Source: Macrostomum hystrix
Taxonomy: Eukaryota; Animalia; Platyhelminthes
Direction: 5' to 3'
DNA length: 64,000 nt
NCBI GenBank assembly: GCA_950097015.1
Contig: CATNEN010000029.1
Span: forward strand, 1-64,000
Part shown: positions 1-12,202 of the stretch, piece by piece
Layout: the number at the start of each line of letters is the position of its first letter
Numbering within the stretch: the first letter of the stretch is position 1
The notes under the pieces: model-generated
What the model was told of the DNA's origin: nothing
Seen by the model: only the letters and a program-made list of their open reading frames with translations
Databases searched by the model: none
Position numbers and translations under genes: made by a program

Positions 1-345
1 TCCCTGCTCGCAGGCTTTAATTGCCAAAACTGTTGCTTTTTTATGTTCCGCTAAGCCTTCATTCCTTTTGATGACAAGGGAGTCTAAGTTGAGTTGTTTA
101 ATGCTCAAAAGACTAGTCATTTTGTTCCCATGTTTATCTAAGGTAATTAAGTGCCTGGATAATCGCCTCTCTTACCTGGCATCAGACTAATTAGGCAGGA
201 AGAGAATGGATAAGAAACAGGTTGAGTTTGAGTTTGCGGCCTAGATTATATTGTGCGGCAAATGCAAGGGCTAATGCTTGTTTATAGGAGTTAGGGGGTT
301 TGTTTCTTTTCTTGACGGGCAAATCGTCAGATACCGTAGAAAACG

Positions 346-1740
346 TTAGAATTCTACAGCCACATTTCCTAGAATCCTATAGCCACATTTCCTAGAAACG
401 TATTGCCACATTTCCTAGAGTCCTATAGTCACATTTCCTAGAATCCTATGGTCACATTTCCTAGAATCCTATAGTCACATTTCCTAGAAACCTACAGCCA
501 TTTTTCCTAGAATCCTATAGTTACATTTCCTAGAATCCTATAGCCGCATTTCCTAGAATCCTATAGCCATATTTCCTAGAATCCTATAGCCGCATTTCCT
601 AGAATCCTATAGCCATATTTCATAGAATCCTATAGCCACATTTCCTAGAATCCTATAGCCATATTTCATAGAATCCTATAGCCACATTTCCTAGAAACCT
701 ACAGCCATTTTTTCCTACAATCCTATAGTCACATTTCCTAGAAACCTACAGCCATTTTTCCTAGAATCCTATAGTTACATTTCCTAGAATCCTATAGCCG
801 CATTTCCTAGAATCCTATAGCCATATTTCCTAGAATCCTATAGCCGCATTTCCTAGAATCCTATAGCCATATTTCATAGAATCCTATAGCCACATTTCCT
901 AGAATCCTATAGCCATATTTCATAGAATCCTATAGCCACATTTCCTAGAAACCTACAGCCATTTTTCCTACAATCCTATAGTCACATTTCCTAGAAACCA
1001 ACAGCCATTTTTCCTGGAGTCCTATAGTCACATTTCCTAGAATCCTATAGTCACATTTCCTAGAATCCTATAGCCACATTTCCTAGAATCCTATAGTCAC
1101 ATTTCCTAGAAATCTACAGCCATTTTTTTCCTAGAATCCTATAGTCACATTTCCTAGAATCCTATAGCCACATTTCCTAGAATCCTATAGCCACATTTCC
1201 TAGAATCGTATAGTCACATTTCCTAGAAATCTACAGCCATTTTTTTCCTAGAATCCTATAGTCACATTTCCTAGAATCCTATAGCCACATTTCCTAGAAT
1301 CCTATAGTCACATTTCCTAGAAATCTACAGCCATTTTTTTCCTAGAATCCTATAGTCACATTTCCTAGAAACCTACAGCCATTTTTCCTAGAGTCCTATA
1401 GTCACATTTCCTAGAATCCTATAGCCACATTTCCTAGAATCCTATAGCCACATTTCCTAGAATCCTATAGCCACATTTCCTAGAATCCTATATGGTCACA
1501 TTTCCTAGAAATCTACAGCCATTTTTTTCCTAGAATCCTATAGTCACATTTCGTAGAATCCCATAGCCACATTTCCTAGAAACTTACAGCCATTTTTCCT
1601 AGAGTCCTATAGTCACATTTCCTAGAATCCTATAGTCACATTTCCTAGAATCCTATAGCCACATTTCCTAGAATCCTATAGTCACATTTCCTAGAATCCT
1701 ATAGCCACATATTATTAAATATTATAGAAACATTTCCTAG
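346..1740. repeat. 23-bp minisatellite (CACATTTCCTAGAATCCTATAGC)
   Basis: Unit read directly, roughly 60 copies with variants. It lies upstream of the exon at 2622, so it is probably intronic. Confidence 0.95.
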
Positions 1741-1819
1741 AAACATACAGTCATTTTTCTAGAACCACGCAGCTATATTTAAAAGAATCTAACGGACCCG
1801 TCTTCTACAATCCTGCATT

Positions 1820-2530
1820 AAGTTTCTAAAATCCTATATGCATTTTCTAGAATCCTACATGCATTTCCTAGAACCATACATGTATTTCCTAGAACCATAC
1901 ATGTATTTCCTAGAACCATACATGTATTTCCTAGAACCATACATGTATTTCCTAGAACCATACATTCATTCTCTAGAACCATACATTCATTCTCTAGAAC
2001 CATACATTCATTCTCTAGAACCCTATATACCTTTCCTAGAATCTGCATATATTTCCTAGAATCCAACATGCATTTCCTACAATCCTACAGACATTTTCTA
2101 CAATCCTACATGCATTTCCTAGAATCCTGCATTCATTTCCTAGAACCATACATATATTTCCTAGAACCATACATGTATTTCCTAGAACCATATATGTATT
2201 TCCTAGAACCATACATGTATTTCCTAGAACCATACATGTATTTCCTAGAACCATATATGTATTTCCTAGAACCATACATGTATTTCCTAGAACCATACAT
2301 GTATTTCCTAGAACCATACATGTATTTCCTAGAACCATACATGTATTTCCTAGAACCATACATTCATTCTCTAGAACCATACATGTATTTCCTAGAACCA
2401 TACATTCATTCTCTAGAATCCTATATACGAGTACATTTCCTAGTAATCCACTACATTTCTTTGAACCCCACTCAATTTCTTAGAATACAAATTGTTTCCT
2501 AGAATCGTACATGCATTTACTAGAATTCTA
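1820..2530. repeat. 21-bp minisatellite (TTCCTAGAACCATACATGTAT), related to the 23-bp array
   Basis: About 30 copies sharing the TTTCCTAGAA core. The ORFs at 1818-2502 are translations of this repeat. Confidence 0.95.
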
Positions 2531-2621
2531 CATACACATTTAGCCACGCAGCCATAATCGATGATCCCAAAAGCACTGCAGCCCATTAAACAGTACAGTA
2601 CTCGGATGCCTCACCTTGCAG

Positions 2622-2731
2622 GCCTAATCGAGAGTCCACTTCTGACGCACGCTGAATGCCAACTGATTCACGACATTCTTGCCGAGGGGCACAAGCAGTT
2701 GGGCATTGACTACCACAATCTGGATGCCTGA
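2622..2731 (+). CDS. DHDH: Probable terminal coding exon of a dihydrodiol dehydrogenase / D-xylose 1-dehydrogenase-like protein (Gfo/Idh/MocA family); upstream exons not found, probably outside the window
   Basis: Acceptor ctcaccttgcAG at 2620-2621, phase 1. Reads (G)LIESPLLTHAECQLIHDILAEGHKQLGIDYHNLDA*, which resembles my recollection of the DHDH C-terminus (G..ESP.....ES.L..DIL.E..K.IGV). AATAAA at 2907-2912. Too short to appear in the ORF track. Confidence 0.6.
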
Positions 2732-3214
2732 AACACTTCCGCGATTCAATTTATTCATTGCAATGTGTTTAGGCGCTATTAGTTTAGCCAAACATTATTA
2801 GTGAAACATTATTGCTTAAGCAATAGAACTCTTGACTAGTTTGATTTCTTGATTTATTTGATTTATTAAATTCAAAACCGGTTTAAAATTTAAACACAGC
2901 CTTTTCAATAAATGTTAAACTCGGCTAGGATTTTAATTTAACGAAAAACACCCTTTTGATGAAAGGATTATCGTAATTTTAATTTGCACTTTTTTCTGCT
3001 GTTTCTTACTTACTTCTTTTCAGCCTCGAGTTTGCTCTCAGTAAAGCTTTAGTTCGGAAAAGTTACCGCTTGTTCACATTTCCTTGGTTTGTCTTCTTTT
3101 GTAATCCGAGATGATATCAATAGTATCTGGTTAACTGTGGGTGCACTGCTATTCATAGTTAATGACAATCTGCATGGGTACCATCACGCAGCAGCTAAAT
3201 AGTGCAAGGATTCA

Positions 3215-3640
3215 GATCTGGAATCGTAGCTGGAGTCATAGCTGGAATCGAAGCCGGAGTCAGCTGAAATCGTTGCTTGAGTCATAGCTAGAATCGTAGC
3301 TGGAGTCATAGGTGGAATCGTAGCTGGAGTCATAGCTGGAATCGAAGCTGGAGTCAGCTGGAATCGTAGCTGGAGTCATAGGTTGAATCGTAGCTGGAGT
3401 CATAGCTGGAATCGAAGCTGGAGTCAGCTAGAATCGTAGCTGGAGTCATAGGTGGAATCGTAGCTGGAGTCATAGCTGGAATCGAAGCCGGAGTCAGCTG
3501 GAATCGTTGCTTGAGTCATAGCTGGAATCGTAGCTGGAGTCATAACTGGAATCGTAGCTAGAGTCATTGTTGGAATTGTAGCGGAAGACACGGCTAAAAT
3601 CGAAGCAGAAGACATGACTGCAGTTATCGTATCCAAATTA
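3215..3640. repeat. Degenerate 12/24-bp repeat (GCTGGAATCGTAGCTGGAGTCATA) at the edge of the large satellite
   Basis: Two related 12-bp half units that grade into the 24-bp array. Confidence 0.85.
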
Positions 3641-6600
3641 ATTGATGAAATCGAAGCAGAAGACGGCCAGAATCGCAGTAGAAGACTTGACCAGAATTCC
3701 ATGACCAGTAGAAGTCATGCCTAGAATCGAAGCAAAATACATGGCTCGCATGGATTGAAGCAGAAGACTTGGCGAGAATCGCAGTAGATAGAAGACTTGG
3801 CCAGAATCGCAGTAGATAGAAGACTTGGCCAGAATCGCAGTAGATAGAAGACTTGGCGAGAATCGCAGTAGATAGAAGACTTGGCCAGAATCGCAGTAGA
3901 TAGAAGACTTGGCGAGAATCGCAGTAGATAGAAGACTTGGCCAGAATCGCAGTAGATAGAAGACTTGGCGAGAATCGCAGTAGATAGAAGACTTGGCCAG
4001 AATCGCAGTAGATAGAAGACTTGGCCAGAATCGCAGTAGAAGACTTGGCCAGAATCGCAGCAGAAGACTTGGCGAGAATCGCAGTAGATAGAAGACTTGG
4101 CCAGAATCGCAGCAGAAGACTTGGCGAGAATCGCAGTAGATAGAAGACTTGGCCAGAATCGCAGCAGAAGACTTGGCGAGAATCGCAGTAGATAGAAGAC
4201 TTGGCCAGAATCGCAGTAGATAGAAGACTTGGCCAGAATCGCAGTAGATAGAAGACTTGGCCAGAATCGCAGTAGATAGAAGACTTGGCCAGAATCGCAG
4301 CAGAAGACTTGGCCAGAATCGCAGTAGATAGAAGACTTGGCCAGAATCGCAGTAGATAGAAGACTTGGCCAGAATCGCAGTAGAAGACTTGGCCAGAATC
4401 GCAGCAGAAGACTTGGCCATAACCGCAGCAGAAGACTTGGCGAGAATCGCAGTAGATAGAAGACTTGGCCAGAATCGCAGTAGATAGAAGACTTGGCCAG
4501 AATCGCAGTAGATAGAAGACTTGGCGAGAATCGCAGTAGATAGAAGACTTGGCCAGAATCGCAGTAGATAGAAGACTTGGCCAGAATCGCAGCAGAAGAC
4601 TTGGCCAGAATCGCAGTAGATAGAAGACTTGGCCAGAATCGCAGCAGAAGACTTGGCGAGAATCGCAGTAGATAGAAGACTTGGCCAGAATCGCAGTAGA
4701 TAGAAGACTTGGCCAGAATCGCGCGCAGTAGATAGAAGACTTGGCCAGAATCGCAGTAGAAGACTTGGCCAGAATCGCAGCAGAAGACTTGGCCATAACC
4801 GCAGCAGAAGACTTGGCCAGAATCGCAGCAGAAGGCATGGCCAGAATCGCAGCAGAAGACTTGGCTAGAATCGCAGCAGAAGACTTGGCCAGAATCGCAG
4901 CAGAAGACTTGGCCAGAATCGCAGCAGAAGACTTGGCCAGAATCACAGCAGAAGACTTGGCCAGAATCGCAGCAGAAGACTTGGCCAGAATCGCAGCAGA
5001 AGACTTGGCCAGAATCGCAGCAGAAGACTTGGCCAGAATCGCAGCAGAAGACTTGGCCAGAATCGCAGTAGACAGAAGACTTGGCCAGAATCGCAGCAGA
5101 AGACTTGGCCAGAATCGCAGCAGAAGACTTGGCCAGAATCGCAGCAGAAGACTTGGCCAGAATCGCAGCAGAAGACTTGGCCAGAATCGCAGCAGAAGAC
5201 TTGGCCAGAATCGCAGCAGAAGACTTGGCCAGAATCGCAGCAGAAGACTTGGCCAGAATCGCAGCAGAAGACTTGGCCAGAATCGCAGCAGAAGACTTGG
5301 CCAGAATCGCAGCAGAAGACTTGGCCAGAATCGCAGCAGAAGACTTGGCCAGAATCGCAGCAGAAGACTTGGCCAGAATCGCAGTAGATAGAAGACTTGG
5401 CGAGAATCGCAGTAGAAGACTTGGCCAGAATCGCAGCAGAAGACTTGGCCAGAATCGCAGCAGAAGACTTGGCCAGAATCGCAGCAGAAGACTTGGCCAG
5501 AATCGCAGCAGAAGACTTGGCCAGAATCGCAGCAGAAGACTTGGCCAGAATCGCAGCAGAAGACTTGGCCAGAATCGCAGTAGATAGAAGACTTGGCGAG
5601 AATCACAGTAGATAGAAGACTTGGCCAGAATCGCAGCAGAAGACTTGGCCAGAATCGCAGCAGAAGACTTGGCCAGAATCGCAGCAGAAGACTTGGCCAG
5701 AATCGCAGCAGAAGACTTGGCCAGAATCGCAGCAGAAGACTTGGCCAGAATCGCAGCAGAAGACTTGGCCAGAATCGCAGTAGATAGAAGACTTGGCCAG
5801 AATCGCAGTAGATAGAAGACTTGGCCAGAATCGCAGCAGAAGACTTGGCCAGAATCGCAGCAGAAGACTTGGCCAGAATCGCAGCAGAAGACTTGGCCAG
5901 AATCGCAGCAGAAGACTTGGCCAGAATCGCAGCAGAAGACTTGGCCAGAATCGCAGCAGAAGACTTGGCCAGAATCACAGCAGAAGACTTGGCCAGAATC
6001 GCAGCAGAAGACTTGGCCAGAATCGCAGCAGAAGACTTGGCCAGAATCGCAGCAGAAGACTTGGCCAGAATCGCAGCAGAAGACTTGGCCAGAATCGCAG
6101 CAGAAGACTTGGCCAGAATCGCAGCAGAAGACTTGGCCAGAATCACAGCAGAAGACTTGGCCATAACCGCAGCAGAAGACTTGGCCAGAATCGCAGCAGA
6201 AGGCATGGCCAGAATCGCAGCAGAAGACTTGGCCAGAATCGCAGCAGAAGACTTGGCCAGAATCGCAGCAGAAGACTTGGCCAGAATCGCAGCAGAAGAC
6301 TTGGCCAGAATCACAGCAGAAGACTTGGCCAGAATCGCAGCAGAAGACTTGGCGAGAATCGCAGTAGAAGACTTGGCCAGAATCGCAGCAGAAGACTTGG
6401 CGAGAATCGCAGCAGAAGACTTGGCCAGAATCGCAGCAGAAGACTTGGCCAGAATCGCAGCAGAAGACTTGGCCAGAATCGCAGCAGAAGACTTGGCCAG
6501 AATCGCAGCAGAAGACTTGGCCAGAATCGCAGCAGAAGACTTGGCCAGAATCGCAGCAGAAGACTTGGCCAGAATCGCAGTAGATAGAAGACTTGGCCAG

Positions 6601-9600
6601 AATCGCAGTAGATAGAAGACTTGGCCAGAATCGCAGTAGAAGACTTGGCCAGAATCGCAGCAGAAGACTTGGCCATAACCGCAGCAGAAGACTTGGCCAG
6701 AATCGCAGCAGAAGGCATGGCCAGAATCGCAGCAGAAGACTTGGCTAGAATCGCAGCAGAAGACTTGGCCAGAATCGCAGCAGAAGACTTGGCCAGAATC
6801 GCAGCAGAAGACTTGGCCAGAATCACAGCAGAAGACTTGGCCAGAATCGCAGCAGAAGACTTGGCCAGAATCGCAGCAGAAGACTTGGCCAGAATCGCAG
6901 CAGAAGACTTGGCCAGAATCGCAGCAGAAGACTTGGCCAGAATCGCAGCAGAAGACTTGGCCAGAATCGCAGTAGATAGAAGACTTGGCGAGAATCGCAG
7001 TAGATAGAAGACTTGGCCAGAATCGCAGTAGATAGAAGACTTGGCCAGAATCGCAGCAGAAGACTTGGCCAGAATCACAGCAGAAGACTTGGCCATAACC
7101 GCAGCAGAAGACTTGGCCAGAATCGCAGCAGAAGGCATGGCCAGAATCGCAGCAGAAGACTTGGCCAGAATCGCAGCAGAAGACTTGGCCAGAATCGCAG
7201 CAGAAGACTTGGCCAGAATCGCAGCAGAAGACTTGGCCAGAATCACAGCAGAAGACTTGGCCAGAATCGCAGCAGAAGACTTGGCGAGAATCGCAGTAGA
7301 AGACTTGGCCAGAATCGCAGCAGAAGACTTGGCCAGAATCGCAGCAGAAGACTTGGCCAGAATCGCAGCAGAAGACTTGGCCAGAATCACAGCAGAAGAC
7401 TTGGCCATAACCGCAGCAGAAGACTTGGCCAGAATCGCAGCAGAAGGCATGGCCAGAATCGCAGCAGAAGACTTGGCCAGAATCGCAGCAGAAGACTTGG
7501 CCAGAATCGCAGCAGAAGACTTGGCCAGAATCGCAGCAGAAGACTTGGCCAGAATCGCAGCAGAAGACTTGGCCAGAATCGCAGCAGAAGACTTGGCCAG
7601 AATCGCAGTAGATAGAAGACTTGGCCAGAATCGCAGTAGATAGAAGACTTGGCCAGAATCGCAGTAGAAGACTTGGCCAGAATCGCAGCAGAAGACTTGG
7701 CCATAACCGCAGCAGAAGACTTGGCCAGAATCGCAGCAGAAGGCATGGCCAGAATCGCAGCAGAAGACTTGGCTAGAATCGCAGCAGAAGACTTGGCCAG
7801 AATCGCAGCAGAAGACTTGGCCAGAATCGCAGCAGAAGACTTGGCCAGAATCACAGCAGAAGACTTGGCCAGAATCGCAGCAGAAGACTTGGCCAGAATC
7901 GCAGCAGAAGACTTGGCCAGAATCGCAGCAGAAGACTTGGCCAGAATCGCAGCAGAAGACTTGGCCAGAATCGCAGCAGAAGACTTGGCCAGAATCGCAG
8001 TAGATAGAAGACTTGGCGAGAATCGCAGTAGATAGAAGACTTGGCCAGAATCGCAGTAGATAGAAGACTTGGCCAGAATCGCAGCAGAAGACTTGGCCAG
8101 AATCACAGCAGAAGACTTGGCCATAACCGCAGCAGAAGACTTGGCCAGAATCGCAGCAGAAGGCATGGCCAGAATCGCAGCAGAAGACTTGGCCAGAATC
8201 GCAGCAGAAGACTTGGCCAGAATCGCAGCAGAAGACTTGGCCAGAATCGCAGCAGAAGACTTGGCCAGAATCACAGCAGAAGACTTGGCCAGAATCGCAG
8301 CAGAAGACTTGGCGAGAATCGCAGTAGAAGACTTGGCCAGAATCGCAGCAGAAGACTTGGCCAGAATCGCAGCAGAAGACTTGGCCAGAATCGCAGCAGA
8401 AGACTTGGCCAGAATCACAGCAGAAGACTTGGCCATAACCGCAGCAGAAGACTTGGCCAGAATCGCAGCAGAAGGCATGGCCAGAATCGCAGCAGAAGAC
8501 TTGGCCAGAATCGCAGCAGAAGACTTGGCCAGAATCGCAGCAGAAGACTTGGCCAGAATCGCAGCAGAAGACTTGGCCAGAATCACAGCAGAAGACTTGG
8601 CCAGAATCGCAGCAGAAGACTTGGCGAGAATCGCAGTAGAAGACTTGGCCAGAATCGCAGCAGAAGACTTGGCGAGAATCGCAGCAGAAGACTTGGCCAG
8701 AATCGCAGCAGAAGACTTGGCCAGAATCGCAGCAGAAGACTTGGCCAGAATCGCAGCAGAAGACTTGGCCAGAATCGCAGCAGAAGACTTGGCCAGAATC
8801 GCAGCAGAAGACTTGGCCAGAATCGCAGCAGAAGACTTGGCCAGAATCGCAGTAGATAGAAGACTTGGCCAGAATCGCAGTAGATAGAAGACTTGGCCAG
8901 AATCGCAGTAGAAGACTTGGCCAGAATCGCAGCAGAAGACTTGGCCATAACCGCAGCAGAAGACTTGGCCAGAATCGCAGCAGAAGGCATGGCCAGAATC
9001 GCAGCAGAAGACTTGGCTAGAATCGCAGCAGAAGACTTGGCCAGAATCGCAGCAGAAGACTTGGCCAGAATCGCAGCAGAAGACTTGGCCAGAATCACAG
9101 CAGAAGACTTGGCCAGAATCGCAGCAGAAGACTTGGCCAGAATCGCAGCAGAAGACTTGGCCAGAATCGCAGCAGAAGACTTGGCCAGAATCGCAGCAGA
9201 AGACTTGGCCAGAATCGCAGCAGAAGACTTGGCCAGAATCGCAGTAGATAGAAGACTTGGCGAGAATCGCAGTAGATAGAAGACTTGGCCAGAATCGCAG
9301 TAGATAGAAGACTTGGCCAGAATCGCAGCAGAAGACTTGGCCAGAATCGCAGTAGATAGAAGACTTGGCCAGAATCGCAGCAGAAGACTTGGCCAGAATC
9401 GCAGCAGAAGACTTGGCCAGAATCGCAGCAGAAGACTTGGCCAGAAATCGCAGCAGAAGACTTGGCCAGAATCGCAGCAGAAGACTTGGCCAGAATCGCA
9501 GTAGATAGAAGACTTGGCGAGAATCGCAGTAGAAGACTTGGCCAGAATCGCAGCAGAAGACTTGGCGAGAATCGCAGCAGAAGACTTGGCCAGAATCGCA

Positions 9601-10682
9601 GCAGAAGACTTGGCCAGAATCGCAGCAGAAGACTTGGCCAGAATCGCAGCAGAAGACTTGGCCAGAATCGCAGCAGAAGACTTGGCCAGAATCGCAGCAG
9701 AAGACTTGGCCAGAATCGCAGCAGAAGACTTGGCCAGAATCGCAGTAGATAGAAGACTTGGCCAGAATCGCAGTAGATAGAAGACTTGGCCAGAATCGCA
9801 GTAGAAGACTTGGCCAGAATCGCAGCAGAAGACTTGGCCATAACCGCAGCAGAAGACTTGGCCAGAATCGCAGCAGAAGGCATGGCCAGAATCGCAGCAG
9901 AAGACTTGGCTAGAATCGCAGCAGAAGACTTGGCCAGAATCGCAGCAGAAGACTTGGCCAGAATCGCAGCAGAAGACTTGGCCAGAATCACAGCAGAAGA
10001 CTTGGCCAGAATCGCAGCAGAAGACTTGGCCAGAATCGCAGCAGAAGACTTGGCCAGAATCGCAGCAGAAGACTTGGCCAGAATCGCAGCAGAAGACTTG
10101 GCCAGAATCGCAGTAGACAGAAGACTTGGCCAGAATCGCAGCAGAAGACTTGGCCAGAATCGCAGCAGAAGACTTGGCCAGAATCGCAGCAGAAGACTTG
10201 GCCAGAATCGCAGCAGAAGACTTGGCCAGAATCGCAGCAGAAGACTTGGCCAGAATCGCAGCAGAAGACTTGGCCAGAATCGCAGCAGAAGACTTGGCCA
10301 GAATCGCAGCAGAAGACTTGGCCAGAATCGCAGCAGAAGACTTGGCCAGAATCGCAGTAGATAGAAGACTTGGCGAGAATCGCAGTAGAAGACTTGGCCA
10401 GAATCGCAGCAGAAGACTTGGCCAGAATCGCAGCAGAAGACTTGGCCAGAATCGCAGCAGAAGACTTGGCCAGAATCGCAGCAGAAGACTTGGCCAGAAT
10501 CGCAGCAGAAGACTTGGCCAGAATCGCAGCAGAAGACTTGGCCAGAATCGCAGCAGAAGACTTGGCCAGAATCGCAGCAGAAGACTTGGCCAGAATCGCA
10601 GCAGAAGACTTGGCCAGAATCGCAGCAGAAGACTTGGCCAGAATCGCAGCAGAAGACTTGGCCAGAATCGCAGCAGAAGACG
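3640..10682. repeat. About 7-kb satellite: 24-bp unit (AGAAGACTTGGCCAGAATCGCAGC) plus a 28-bp variant containing GTAGATAG, with higher-order structure
   Basis: Roughly 280 units. The variant marker CCATAACC occurs at 4793, 6161, 6673, 7093, 7405, 7701, 8121, 8433, 8945 and 9838. Confidence 0.97.
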
Positions 10683-11149
10683 TATTTAGTATCTAGAATT
10701 TTCGCATCCTCCGTAGAATTCTGCAGCCTAATATTGTTTTTTGCAAGCACTTTTATCCGTATTTTCTTCTTCTAAGATGCTGCAGCGAGACTATAATCTA
10801 TATTTTTGCATTTGCCTAGAGACTAAAGGCGCGTTAAAAATGCAGCGGCTCCTTTCATAACGAAAATCTCATAATTATTCCTGTCTTTGAAGTGTGTGCA
10901 AAATTCTGGAAAGAAAGCTCTCAAGCTTTGATAAGAGCTACTTTGATTCTGGTTTATGAGCAACAGAAATCACTACCTATTTTTGCTCACCTATTTCATC
11001 TACTTCTTACATCTAAAGCAGTATGACTAGGCAAAGGCAGTCACATCTAAGAAGAGGTCTATTTTTCGACCGTTCAATCCATGGACAAAGTTGAAACAGT
11101 ATATCTTGTCAGTATTTTTATAGTTTGTAGTCCAGGAAAGTTTTAGATC

Positions 11150-11310
11150 TGAGCTTGGGTCTCTGACCAAGTGGTCAGGATTTCGAATCCCAGCTCATGA
11201 AAAACTATACGTGTCTTCGAGCGAGACCATCTGTGGCGGCCAACCTTCCAGTCCATGGACTGAATAGACCTTAGAAGCCTTTGAATACACCACGCGATAG
11301 CTGGAGCAGT
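11150..11310 (+). mobile_element. Degenerate SINE family B copy
   Basis: B-box-like ATTTCGAATCCC, then GTGTCTTCGAGCGAGAC (start of the central domain), then the CAGTCCATGGACTG palindrome at 11249-11262. Confidence 0.55.
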
Positions 11311-11319
11311 GGACACTGG

Positions 11320-11645
11320 CATTTGGTGACACTAGACCCGCAGCCAGCGAGGAGACAATTCTGCCCCAAACCCAATCCGCTGACTCCTGAGCACACACGC
11401 ACACAGATACTGTACTCAGGCACACGCTCTCACAAGTGTGTACATCTGCCCTGACTTTCTCATCGTCAGGCAGTGTACGCTCTCTCACTGTGCCTTTGAG
11501 GTTGGCCCTCAATGGTGTAAAATGCACGACAAGACCCTAAAGCCTTCTCTCCGGGGCTGCGTCCCAAATAAATGTGGCCTCGCCGCGGAATCGAGCTCAG
11601 GGACCTTGGTGCGAGAGGCAAACGCGTTAGACCGCTCTGTCACCC
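11320..11645 (-). mobile_element. tRNA-derived SINE family A copy
   Basis: Reverse complement of the element at 23882-24185 (head GCGGTCTAACGCGTTTGCCTCTCGCACCAAGGTCCCTGAGCTCGATTCC). Confidence 0.8.
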
Positions 11646-12098
11646 ACCCATCTATTATACAATCACTATATTATAAAATATGGGTTTGACAGACTCATAG
11701 GAGCATGGAGCAGCAATTTTTTTCAGATAAACTATAGCTGCTCACAAGCAAGACCTGCAAGCATTCTTGCGATGCATGCAGCCCACCCTAGTTCCCGGAT
11801 GCTTGAACAAATGCAGCAGCACAGCAATGGCCGCTCTGACAGGAATACAGATAGCAACAGCTTGACTGGCGGGGGCTACGACGTGCCTGTAGAAACTTCA
11901 TGGCCCTGTGAGATGATATGCCAATCTGATGAGAATATTCAAGGATTAGGAAGTCCAGAGGTGTCTGTTAGATGCTCCCACATCTTACGGAACAGCTGCA
12001 GATTCGCTTCAATGGGGGGTCAGACAAGTCGACTAACCTGTCTGCAATAACTTTCGCTTTTCTCTCTCTCACTCTCTCCCCTCCCAATGCAGCCCCGG

Positions 12099-12133
12099 GA
12101 CCAATTGCGGTGGGCGAGGGGCTGATTATAAAT
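12099..12133 (+). promoter_or_regulatory. Candidate CCAAT box plus TATA box upstream of the GPCR
   Basis: ACCAAT near 12100 and TATAAA at 12127-12132, about 70 nt upstream of the ATG at 12203. Confidence 0.4.
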
Positions 12134-12202
12134 AAAAGTGCTAGGACAGAGTGACGCTCGCGTTTAGACTGCTTAGGAGGATCATTAGCATCATCTGGCA
12201 AC

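Noticed and set aside
2622-2735. Minus-strand exon reading (AG at about 2730, GTGAGG at about 2614)
   Set aside because: The splice-like signals exist, but the plus-strand reading gives a recognisable DHDH-like C-terminus followed by a polyA signal.
3624-10750. Many long ORFs (up to 896 aa; RIAAEDLA, AILAKSS, RRLGQNRS repeats) as a repetitive structural or adhesive protein
   Set aside because: They are translations of a 24-bp satellite. Interspersed 28-bp units shift the frame constantly, both strands and several frames are open, and there are no unique termini or splice signals.
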